A DNA stretch of 64,000 nucleotides from Blastocladiella emersonii ATCC 22665. Its lineage: Eukaryota; Fungi; Blastocladiomycota. Shown here piece after piece: positions 34,837 to 45,594 of the stretch (the stretch's first letter is position 1; each line of letters begins with the position of its first letter). The DNA lies in NCBI GenBank assembly GCA_025594325.1, contig JANHCV010000011.1:124001-188000 (forward strand), written 5' to 3'. Position numbers and translations under genes: made by a program. Below the pieces are notes generated by a model. It searched no databases. It saw nothing but the letters and a program-made list of their open reading frames with translations, and was not told the DNA's origin.

Positions 34837-37272
34837 ATGTGGGCCGCCCGGCTGCTCTCCGCGCGCTTGCGGAGCGGACTCGGCGGCACTGCGACCAACG
34901 GCAGCAGCAGGAGGATAGCGCCGTCCCTGTCTCCACCACCACGCTTCCTGCTGCTGTCGCCGTGGCCGCTCCGCTTCCGCGCACCCCCATCACCACCATC
35001 ATCCCTGTCCCTCCGGGCGCCGTCCTACCGCCCACCACCACCACCATGGGCCGCCCTGCGCCGCGCCTTCTCAACAACGCGCACCGCCGCCCCAAGGCGC
35101 GCCCACTCGACGTCGATCCCGCCCGACCCGCCGTCGCTGCGCTCCTTCTTCCGCATCCTGCGCTGGCGCTTCAAGGTCCTGTTCCGCCGCACCTCGCGCC
35201 CGTGGACCGCCGACGAGCTGCTCGCCATGTTCTCGTGGCTGTTTGTCGGCAACTCGCTCTTCATCCTTGTCGGCACCACCTCCTTCACCAGCGTCGCCCT
35301 GTGGCTCGCCAACTCGCTGCAGTTCCAGGAGTTTGTCGCCTACGCCGTCGGCTGGTACCTCACCCGCTCCACGGGCGCCACCGTCATCTTCGAGTCCGCC
35401 ATCGTCCCCAACTGGAAGGACGGCAAGATCTCGCTCAAGAACGTCACCGTGCGCCGCATGCACGCCCTCGACGAGTCGCGCCTCGAGCCCCACTACTACT
35501 ACTCACACGACCCCTTTGGCGATCCCGACGACGACGATGATGACGACGGCGGGATCACTCTCTCGCGCGGCGCCGCCGACCTCGCCCACGCCGACCCCGA
35601 CCTGCGCCCACCACCGCGCGTCGCCGCTGGTGCCGCCGCCAATGCGCCCGCGCCCTGGACCCGCTCCACCACGGGCCCTGCCAACCCGCAGCCGCTGTCG
35701 CGCGACGAGAACAACTTCACCAAGTACGAGCTCAAGATCCAGTCCATCGACGTGACCCTCGACCTGGTGCGGTGGCTCGACGGCAAGGGCCTGATCCGCG
35801 ACGCCGTGATCCGCGGCGTGCGCGGCATTGTCGACCGCCGCGACGTGTTCTGGGACGACGACGCCCCCGCCATCCCGCCGCGCCGCGTGCACCAGCCGGG
35901 CGACTTTGAGCTCGAGCGCGTCGTCCTCGACGACCTGTTCGTCACCGTCTACAACCCCGAGTTCCGCCCCTACTCGCTCTCCGTGTTCCAGGCCGACCTC
36001 CCGCGACTGCGCAAGCAGTGGCTGCTCTACGACATCATCTGCGCCACCTCTCTCGTCGGCCTCTTCGACAACTGCCTCTTTTCGCTCCACACCCCGCAGC
36101 GCGCAGAGTACGGCCAGGTCCTCGCCTCGCTCGCCCACCACCACCCGTCCTCGGCGTCGCAGCACGCGCGCTCGCCCCTGCGCGGCACCCCCGTCGAGGG
36201 CGACGACGACGACCCGTTCGGCGCCAGCCACCACGAGATTGCCGCGTCCAGTCGCATGGTACTACTCTTAGCTTAACCCCTACGCTCACTCGCAGTGACT
36301 GACCCCGCTGTGGTGTAGACGCGGTTCAAGATCGACGGCGTGCCCATCGAGCACCTCAACTACGGCACGACCGGTCCGTTCGGGTGGATCAACGGCGGCA
36401 CCCTCGACATCTCGGCCCTCATCCACATCCCGCGCATGCGCCGCCCGCAGGAGGTGGACGAGCTGCTCGCCCAGCTCATGACCGAGCTCAAGGCCACCGC
36501 CATGGACCGCATCCGCCTCGAGGACGTGGCCGACCTGCCCGACCGCGCCCAGCAGCTCATCCGCGACAAGGTCAACTGGGCCGTGTTTGCCGTCAAGGAC
36601 CGGTCCAACCGCCGCAACTGCTCTCCGTCCTCGTCGGCGCCGGCGAACCAGCACGCCTCGAGCAACGCGACCCGGGCTTCCTCCACGGCACCGCCACCAG
36701 CGACCGCGGCGCCGACGCTTGCCGAGATCGCCGCGTCGGCCGCGCAGCCCGTGCTGTGCATGGACTTTGACCTGCGGTTCAACAACATCCGCGCGTCGGT
36801 GCCGCTGTACTCGGAGGACCTGTCGTACCTGACGACCAACGCGCTTGTGCGGCCCGTGGTCGCGTACATGAACGCGCACCGGACCTTCATCCCGCTGCGG
36901 TGCCGCGTGGCGCTGCCGCTCGGCAACTTTGACGGGGCGTGGACCATCTACGACTCGGAGCTGTCGGACGCGCTCGCCACGGCCGTCGGGCGCGCCATGG
37001 TCAACAACTTCGTCGACGACGCCGAGCGCGCGCGCCGCATCCGCAAGGTCGGCCTGTGGTCCGTGCGGACCGTGGCCGAGTCCATGACGGGGCTCTGGCA
37101 GTACGTGTCGGGCGCCAAGAACCTCGTCCACTTCCTCGAGTCGGTCCTGCGCACCGAGGTCAACGCCGCCGCCGCGTCCAGCGTCGCCGCCCACCCGCCC
37201 GGACACTGGGACGACCCCGCCGTCACGGCGTACTGGATGCAGCGGTCCAACGTCGACATGTTCGCCGCGTGA
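34837..37272 (+). CDS. MDM31: Mitochondrial distribution and morphology protein Mdm31/Mdm32
   Basis: RPWTADELLAMFSWLFVG...LVGTTSF...NSLQFQE...VIFESAIVPNWKDGKI; RLRKQWLLYDI; FKIDGVPIEHL. Intron 36259-36318. Confidence 0.93.
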
Positions 37273-37517
37273 TCGACGGCCGCCGGTCCAGTTTTGCTTC
37301 TTACCCTCGCATCCCTCCCCCTCTTCCCTTGTTTCTTATTATTTTGTGGTTCGGGTGATAGGCGCCCGCGCGGCCACAAGCGTTGCGCGGGCGCAAAATA
37401 ATGAATTTGCATACCCTAGGCAACTCTGACAAGAAACGCGACTGGTCGGGGAGGGATCACCACGCGAGAGCGAGCCACACCGCGCTCTCTCTCTCGTCTT
37501 GCACCTTGCACACTACC

Positions 37518-38842
37518 ATGTATCTCATTACCGCCCGGACCGCGGCACTCGCGCGGCCGATCGGCCAGCGCACGCTCGCCACAGCAGCGGCCTCTGTCGC
37601 GAAGCCGCCTGCCGGGAAACCCTCGCCCGCGCCGCCGTCGCCGCTCGTCCTGTCCGGGATCCAGCCGACGGGGATCCCGCACCTGGGCAACTACCTCGGC
37701 GCGCTGCAGCACTGGGTTGCGCTGCAGTCCGGGACCGCACCCGTGCTCTACAGCATCGTCGATCTGCACGCGCTGACGGCGCACCCGCCCGTGTCGCCCT
37801 CCGCGCTGCGCGACTCGATCGCCGACACGGCGCGGCTGCTGCTCGCCACGGGCATCGACCCTGACCGGTCCGTGCTGTTCCAGCAGTCCCGCGTCGCGGG
37901 CCACACGCAGCTGCAGTGGGTCCTCACGTGCGGCGCGTCGATGGGCTGGCTCGCGCGGATGACCCAGTGGAAGGTGCGTCCGCACCTGTCAGCGTGTGAC
38001 GGCTGTGCTGATGATACGGCGAGGTTGGAGTAGACCAAGGCAGGCACGGCCGTCGGGTCGGACGCGGTCCCGCCTGGCCTCAAGATGGGCCTGTTCGCGT
38101 ACCCGGTGCTCATGGCCGCCGACATCCTCATCTACCGGTATGCTACGTCGACATCCTGGAGAGCAAGCGGCCCTCTGATTCCCTCGATGTAGCGCGACGC
38201 AGGTCCCCGTTGGCGAGGACCAGCACCAGCATCTTGAGCTCGCGCGCACCCTGGCCAAGCACTTCAACGCCACGTACAAGACAGACCTGTTCCCGCTGCC
38301 CAACGCCATGACGAGTACGCTCCCCCCTCCCACCCACCGCCAACCAACTCACACTAACCTTCCACGCGACCGCAGCCCCGTCGTCCAAGCGCATCATGTC
38401 GCTGACCGACCCGACCGCCAAAATGTCCAAGTCGCACCCCTCGGCCTTCTCGCGGATCCACCTGACCGACACCGACGCCGAGATCACCAAAAAGATCCGC
38501 CGCGCGGTCACCGACGCGGACCCGGCCATCACCTGGTCGCCCGCGTCTCGCCCGGGCGTCGCGAACCTGCTGTCGCTGTACGCGGCGTGCGCGGGCGTCG
38601 CGGACCCGGCGACGCTGCTCGAGACGGGCGGCGAGCTCGCGGGGGTCTCGGGCCACGCCGCACTCAAGGCGCGCGTCGCGGATCGGATCGTCGCAACCGT
38701 CCAGCCCGTGCGCGACGCGTACGTGCGGCTCGGCGACGACCCGGCGTATGTCCAGGCGGTCCTCGAGAAGGGCAACGGGCGCGCGCGCGAGATTGCGGAT
38801 CAGACGTGGAGCGAGGTGAGTAAGGTGATTGGGATTGCGTAA
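37518..38842 (+). CDS. MSW1: Mitochondrial tryptophanyl-tRNA synthetase
   Basis: SGIQPTGIPHLGNYLGA (HIGH), YPVLMAADIL, VPVGEDQ.QH.EL, KMSKS. Introns 37974-38033, 38138-38192 and 38315-38375. Confidence 0.95.
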
Positions 38843-38903
38843 GAGTAGTAGTAGCTGTATTCTGGGACGGGGTGGCGATTGCAAGGGGAGGGGACGAACG
38901 AGC

Positions 38904-40454
38904 TCAGCCCTCCTGGCCGAAATCGGTCGTGAACTTGACGTGGTTCTTGAGGTCGTCCTCGGACACGGTGGGCTTGGACGTCGCGAGGGCCTTAATAAAG
39001 TCGTTGACGGTGAGCGGCGGCTCGAGCAGCTCGTCGGACCCGACGCGCATCCAGTCCATTTCGATGCCCTCGGGGTCGCCGGGCGAGCACGGCGTGAGCA
39101 TGGGCTTGCCGTTGGGCCCAGCGACGCGCTTGAAGTGGGTGGCGGTCTGCACCTTGCGCACGGGGAGCATGAGGGCCTCGCGGACGACGATGCCGATATC
39201 CGATCCCGAGTACCCCTCGGTGCGGTCGGCGAGGACGCGGAAGTCGTTGGCGTGCAGGCTGCAGGGCGTGTTGCCGACGTGCAGCTGGAACATCTTGGAC
39301 CGGGCGTGGTGCTCGGGCAGCGGGATGTAGATGCGCTTCTCGAAGCGGCGGCGGATGGCCGAGTCGAGCTGCCATGGGATGTTAGTCGCGCCCAGGACCA
39401 GGATCTGGTCCATGTCGTTGCCGACGCCGTTCATCTGCACGAGGAACTCGGTCTTGATGCGCCGGCTCGCCTCCGACTCGCCGTCGCCGCGCGACCCGCA
39501 CAGCGAGTCGATCTCGTCAATGAAGATGATGGCCGGCTTGGCCGCGCGCGCCATCTGGAACAGCTCCTTGACCAGCCGCTCCGACTCGCCCATCCACTTG
39601 CTGACCAGGTCCGACGACGACACGGAGAAGAAGGTCGAGTTGGCTTCGGTCGCCACCGCCTTGGCGAGGTACGACTTGCCGGTACCCGGGGGCTAGAATC
39701 GCGCGCGCGAGTGAGTGACGAGTCAGCGCCGCTGCCATAGTTGAGCCGATAACGTACGCCGTAGAGGAGGATGCCGCGCCACGGTGTCCGCTTGCCCGTG
39801 AAGAGCTGCGGGAACTTGATGGGCAGGATGACGGCCTCCTTGAGCGCCTCTTTGGCGGCGTCGAGACCGGCAATGTCCTCCCAGCGCACGTTGGGCTTCT
39901 CAGTCAGGATGGCCGAGTTGAGGGCGCCGCGCAGCTTCTTGGTCTCGGCGTCGTTCTCCGACCCGCTGTCGTCGCCGTCTCCATCCCCGCCGCCGCCACC
40001 ACTCCCGCCACCGCCGCCGCCCTTCTTGTTGAGATTGGACGACGACCCGGTGCCGCCGCCGTTGGCGCTCAGCACCTTCTTCTTGGGTTTCGGTTGGCTG
40101 AGGAACTCCTTGAGCTTCTCGGCGCGCTCCAGGTACTCGGTGAACTTTTTGCGGATCGACTCCTTGACGCGCTCGTTCTTCTCGTCTAGACAGCGGTCGC
40201 GGGGTGAGTCTGCGCATCGGTCGTGGTGCGTACAGCGCCAGTGCGTACACTTGAGCGCGGTCATAAAGTAGTCGAGCGCATTCTGGTACGCCTTGTACGC
40301 CTCGTCGTAGTTGCCCTCGGCGTCCAGCTCGGTGGCCCTCTTTACGATCTCAATCGCTTTCTAAGGACGACGTGATGCGTCAGGCGCTGCGTCGGCGTGG
40401 GCGCGGATGCATCGGGGGCAGGCACGCTACCCCGAGAAAGTCGACGCCAGACAT
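38904..40454 (-). CDS. VPS4: AAA+ ATPase Vps4 (MIT + AAA + Vps4_C)
   Basis: MIT domain [13 protein letters not shown]...Y..A...Y; [13 protein letters not shown]; [20 protein letters not shown]; [10 protein letters not shown]; [18 protein letters not shown]; TPCSPGDP. Three introns. Confidence 0.97.
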
Positions 40455-41038
40455 GGCCAGCGGGGAGTGTTGATGTGCTCGTTACGTTGCAGTAGGTCGC
40501 AATGCGTTGCGCGCAGTCAGATGCATGGGCTTTCGTGGTGCGAGGGAGAGCGGGCGGTGGCGAGGAGAGCGCCGCAAAATCGAAATCAAGGCGGCCCATG
40601 ATCGCGCGAAAAACGCGTGGCTCACGCATCATGTGGGAGACGACATCCTTGGCAGGAACCGTATATCAGGCGATATATCACGCAGACTATTCCGAAATTA
40701 TTCTGGACCTCGAAGCAGGCTTGCCAGGTCACGGAGCAGCGTTCTCGACCCGTACGGTCCGCGAGCGCGGCTCGACCGGTTCTTGAGGACCAACACGATT
40801 CTCGTCGATGTCCTCAGCTGTCCCGTCGTGCCGCTACTAGTATCCTGTCCAACGTCCCATCATCGAGAACGGCCCATCGCCGGGCCTCGACGCGTGACGC
40901 GTTTGCCCGCCGTGACCGGATCAGGCAGCGTCACATGACGCGGGCAGCATCAAAACGTCTCGCACATTTCGGCCGCGCGCAACAAGGCCCTTCACCCCTC
41001 CGCTGCACCGCTCCGCCGATCACGACGCTCACCCGACC

Positions 41039-42226
41039 ATGTATCGCTTTCGATTTGCCGGCCAGTCGCTGCACCGGCAAGCGGCATGCCGCCTGGGCCA
41101 CCTCGCCGCTCCCCATGGCCCGGCAGCCCGCCAGGCCCCTGCCCTGTGCGCCGGACTCTCCGCGGCCGCTCGGCCAAGACCCTACTCGTCTTCAGGATCC
41201 AGTTCTGCGGATGAGCCGAGTGCACCGTCCTCCGAGGACACGACCCCATCAACTTCGCGCAAACTCTTGTCCCATTCCTCTCCATTGGACTTTGTCCGGC
41301 CCGCCTCCCCCGCGGAGCCCGTTGACGACGTGCCGCCGCCGCGGTCGCTCGGCTCGTCGACCGTGCTGGACCAGCTGGGCATCAGCGTGGACCCACGGGA
41401 ACTCGCCAACACCCGCGTCCGCTCGCGCGGCGCCCGGTCCGACCGCGGGCCGCGGAAACCATCGTCGCGCGACTTTGACCGGTCCGCTGCGCCGCCACGA
41501 CGCTCCCGGAGGGCCGAGGCCGACGATGACGACTTTGGCTTCGTGTCGCTGTCCGGCTCCGACTCGCCGTCGCCCAGCAATACCCCGCGCGACCGCGAAC
41601 GCGCGTCTGACCGTCCGCGCCGCGAGTACCCAAGGTCCGGCAACGGCGGCCCACGGAAGCCGCTCGAGGTGCCGACGCCCATGCCCGACCGGTGGGACCC
41701 GTCCAAGAAGCTGCCGCGGTCCGCCATGGACCGCATCCGCTTCCTGCACGAGCAGGACCCGAAGACCTTCTCGGTTGCCGCGCTCTCGACCTCGTACCGC
41801 ATCGGCTTCGAGTCGGTCAAGCGCATCTTGCGCTCCAAGTTCGTGCCGTCGCCCGACCGCGCCCGCGAAATGGACGACCGCCGCGCCGACATGAAGAAGG
41901 CGTGGCGCGCGCACCGCGCCCGCGAGGTCCAGGCCCAGCTCGTCCGCGAACGCCGCGAGCTTGTCGAACTCGCCAAGCAGGCGTCCGTCGAGGAGGAGAT
42001 GGCACGCAAGTCGGCCGCCGGCCGCCGCGTCCTCTCGTCGCCGCAACTCGCGTCCCCGCCGGCGAGCGCAGTGCCCGAGTCGACCGCGCCCGCGGCGCCA
42101 GCACCACCCGCGCGGCCGCCTCGATCCGCCGGCCCCAAGCGGGGCAGCAGCAAGAACGAGGACTCGTGGGACTGGCTCGGCGGCGGGAGCGGGAGCGGCA
42201 GCAGCAGCTCGAGCGGAGAGAAATAG
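41039..42226 (+). CDS. RRG9: Neugrin-domain mitochondrial protein (Rrg9-like)
   Basis: Arg/Ala-rich presequence and WDPSKKLPRSAMDRIRFLH...ESVKRILRSKFVP. Confidence 0.8.
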   Translation: MYRFRFAGQSLHRQAACRLGHLAAPHGPAARQAPALCAGLSAAARPRPYSSSGSSSADEPSAPSSEDTTPSTSRKLLSHSSPLDFVRPASPAEPVDDVPPPRSLGSSTVLDQLGISVDPRELANTRVRSRGARSDRGPRKPSSRDFDRSAAPPRRSRRAEADDDDFGFVSLSGSDSPSPSNTPRDRERASDRPRREYPRSGNGGPRKPLEVPTPMPDRWDPSKKLPRSAMDRIRFLHEQDPKTFSVAALSTSYRIGFESVKRILRSKFVPSPDRAREMDDRRADMKKAWRAHRAREVQAQLVRERRELVELAKQASVEEEMARKSAAGRRVLSSPQLASPPASAVPESTAPAAPAPPARPPRSAGPKRGSSKNEDSWDWLGGGSGSGSSSSSGEK

Positions 42227-42268
42227 GCTTATTGTACTGTATACTATGCTAGTTTGGCGTGTCCACGA

Positions 42269-43045
42269 TCACAGATTCGACAGGAAGTCGGTGAGGTTGA
42301 GCGACTTGTTGCCGCCCTCGTTCTTCTTCTGCATCGACAGCAGCCCGCGCAGCGTGCTCTTCTTCTTGCTCAGCGCGCGACGGCTCGGTGTGCTTGCGTC
42401 CGACGCCTCCGAGGGTGATGGTGACGCGGCCCGCGATGAAGATGCGCTGCTGCTAGCGCTGGCCTTGCCCTTGCCTTTGGCGGTGGGTTTCTCCTTGCTC
42501 GCCGAAAGCGCGGGCGAGGCCGTCTTGGACTTCTCCTTGCCCTTGGCCTTGTTTGAGCTTGTCGTGGGCGTCGAGACCTCGGTGGCGTCGGCAACAGCGG
42601 CCTGCAGCACGGGGATGGCGATCGGCTTGGGTACCGCCCGCCTTGGCTTCTCGACACGGCGCAGCGTCGTCACGGACTGGCAGTTGAGGCACGTCGTGTT
42701 TAGCTTCGCCCGCAACGTCTTGCCGGGGGCGGTCCCCTTCTTCTTCATCTCCTTCTTGACGACAACCCGCCGCCAGGCTCCCCGTGGCGTCAGCAGCGAC
42801 ACGTCCTGGTTGACGCTCGGCATGATGAGGACGCCGCAGCGCGGGCAGATGGTCTTGGCGACGCTCTCCGTGATCTGGACACCGTCCTCGTAGGCGCGCT
42901 CGACAAACTGCAGCCCGAGCCACGCCGCGACCGGCGCGCTGGTGCGGTTGTACAGCTCCATTGCGCCCTGGAGAAACTCCATGCGGCGCAGCGCATCGGC
43001 CGTGTTCGCCGCGGCGATTGCAGCAGGTGTGAGATCAGAATCCAT
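42269..43045 (-). CDS. Rpr2/Rpp21/Snm1-family RNase P/MRP subunit
   Basis: RRMEFLQGA...KTICPRCGVLIMP...TCLNC zinc-ribbon pattern; Lys/Ser-rich tail ending LTDFLSNL; ATG at 43045. Confidence 0.75.
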   Translation of the reverse strand: MDSDLTPAAIAAANTADALRRMEFLQGAMELYNRTSAPVAAWLGLQFVERAYEDGVQITESVAKTICPRCGVLIMPSVNQDVSLLTPRGAWRRVVVKKEMKKKGTAPGKTLRAKLNTTCLNCQSVTTLRRVEKPRRAVPKPIAIPVLQAAVADATEVSTPTTSSNKAKGKEKSKTASPALSASKEKPTAKGKGKASASSSASSSRAASPSPSEASDASTPSRRALSKKKSTLRGLLSMQKKNEGGNKSLNLTDFLSNL

Positions 43046-43573
43046 GGTATGGTGGGTGCTTACGGGTGCTGAAGTGGCCCGCGTTAAGGAAATTTTGATC
43101 AGCGAGTAGCAACGCATCACGTGAGTGGCGAACGCGTCAACAGCGCGTCGCTGTCCCACGCCGCTCGTCCCGCCCTGGCTCGCCGGAGCTCTCGGGTTTT
43201 TGCTCCGCTTACACGTTTTGGAGACCTTTTACGAAACGATGTGGCAGAGAACCTGGGGCCAGGCTCGAGCACGCGATTGCTCAGCCACACCGCCGCCGCC
43301 GTGTGTCAAGCGGCCGCTCAGCCGAGTGCTAAAACTTGCGACGCGTCGCTCACATGCCCGGACATTCTTCGAAACATGACCTGCTTCCGCATAAGTACCT
43401 GCAGCTGGCGGTGCCACGTTTTCTTGCTGAGGGTCCGCAAGTAAATGAAGGACCTCTCGATACAGCTTCCTCAGGGCCGCCATCGCGTTCGGCTGGCCAG
43501 TATAAACCGGTCCACCACCTTCGCCTCCCTGCTCCATATTCTCAACGAGACACCGAGACGCAACGATTGCAAC

Positions 43574-44365
43574 ATGAACCTGTCGACCTTGCGAGCGGCC
43601 ATCCACCTAGCATTTTTCGTACGCCAATGGACCCGAACAACGTTACGGCGCCGGGTGCTCATCGGTGGCCTCGATTGTAGACCATCTCCGTGGTCACCTT
43701 CGCCTTCACGGTGGCTAGCATCACCGACTTCGCGCGCAGCTACCCCGAGCTCCCGCTCATGCCCGATGGTCACGTCGCTGGAGACGACGAGTCATGGCTC
43801 GGCACCACGCAGAACGACGTCGTTGCGCTGCTCGTCCTACTCTCCATCTGGCTCCTGCTGTATGCGCTGGACTTCTTCGCCCAGATCTACTTTCTCCTCA
43901 CCGAGCTCCGCGGTCGCGCCTCAACCTGCTACCTGCGCAAGTGGAAGGTCGGCCTGGCGCTCGTGCTCCTGATCACCGAGCTGATCTGGATTGCGCGGCT
44001 CCCGTTCGACCTCCTGACTCCGAGCACCGAGGTGTTCTGGCTCGGCAAGGACCTGTTCATCGTACGTCCTTGTCGTGTTTGACGCGTGGCCAACACTCAC
44101 CAAGAATCCCACTCTAACCGCTCCGCCTCGCGTGTAGCTGGTCCTCGCATTTGTCGCCGCCATGACGGCTCCGGAGGCGCAAGAGTTCAACAACTACAAG
44201 CTGCGCACGCATGCCGCGCGGCCTCGTGTCTCAGCTGAGCCATATGTACGCGGTAAGGCTCAAGTCGCAGCGCCGCCGCCGGTGCACGCCAAGGCCGAGC
44301 GCCATTCGAGACTCGAGCAGAATCCCGAGCACTTCTATATGTGCTCCGAGGAAACACAGCAATAG
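43574..44365 (+). CDS. Multi-pass membrane protein, tandem paralog A (about 217 aa)
   Basis: Exons 43574-43618, 43681-44061 and 44138-44365 join in frame and give several hydrophobic helices. Confidence 0.75.
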
Positions 44366-44633
44366 ACGCCCATGTTCTGCTGACTCAGTCCGGGAAAACG
44401 CGTCAACACGGGCACCGGCGTGCGCAGTTACGCGATGCGCCTCTTAACCTCGCATCGGAGTTGTTTCAGGCTATTCCCGTTCCAGAACTTGAAAACGTGC
44501 GCCACTCGGCCCCGAACCGCGCTTCACCTGCATGTGCCGGATCGCCCTTGATTTTGACGGCGCCGGCGAAGCGCCCTCGCTCTCCTCTTCCTGCTCAGAC
44601 TCCTCGTAAGATAGACTAGACGGACACCATACC

Positions 44634-45550
44634 ATGGCGAGGCTACCCGAAGTCACGCCGCCGTCGCGCCCATCGCGGCCCTCGACTGGACGGTGGTTCT
44701 ACCACTTCCTCTTCCTCGTACGGGTGCTAGCTGCAGCTGACTAGTCTGGGATCACTAACGCCATGGTCATGCTGTCGACTAGGCGCTGACCTTGTCTGGG
44801 TTCTACTTCTCGATCCGCACCCTCATCTCGTTCACCCGGACCTTCCCGTCGCTTCCACCACGCGCCGACGGCGCCTCCAAGCGGCCATGGCTCGGGACCG
44901 AGCGCGCCGACGCCGTTGTGCTGCTGATCCTCCTCGCGTCGTGGCTGCTCTTGGCCGCAATCGACCTCACGGTCCATGGCCAGCTGATCGCAGACGAGGT
45001 GTTCCGCAGCCAGTACTCGCTGCGGCTCCGGTCGTGGAAGACGGGGCTCGGGACCTATCTGCTGGTGACCGAGATCATCTGGCTCTGGCGGTTGCCGGGC
45101 AACGGCCTGGTCCCGAACTTTGCGTCGTACTGGGTCCTCAAGGACATCGTTATGGTACGACGCTCGCCTCTTGTGCTGCTGGTGTGAACGAACCGCACTC
45201 ACCTCGATGACCGTGTGTAGATCGTACTTGCCGTGACCTCGGTCCTCTCGATGCCGACGGACGGCGTCGACTTCAATACGGACGACCGCCAGCGGACACG
45301 CGACCGGCGCGCGCGCGACGTCATCCTGACGACGCTGCCCGTCAGAGTCACGCCTCCGCCGATCTCTGCTCCGGCCCCAGCGTACACGGCGACGCGAGCG
45401 CCGACGGGCGAGGTTGTCGTGATCCCCGTGGCCATGGTCGCGAACGATGCCGACTTTGTTACCGTGCCGCTGTCGCCGCCTCCACCGGCGTACGATGCTG
45501 TCGCGGCAACGGCACCCGCTGCAACGCCACGAACTGAGGCGAGTAGTTGA
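44634..45550 (+). CDS. Multi-pass membrane protein, tandem paralog B (about 261 aa)
   Basis: Exons 44634-44717, 44783-45154 and 45221-45550 join in frame, with the same two intron positions as paralog A. WLGT..D.V.LL.L...WLLL and LR.WK.GL...LL.TE.IW..RLP are shared. Confidence 0.75.
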
Positions 45551-45594
45551 GAGAGGGGATGTATGGGTGAGAAATATACCCATCACTCGCTCTA

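Noticed and set aside
40603-40618. CGCGCGAAAA plus ACGCGT (E2F/MCB-like sites) in the VPS4-RRG9 divergent promoter
   Set aside because: Such motifs are frequent in this CpG-rich DNA and also occur in TE segments. No enrichment test was possible.
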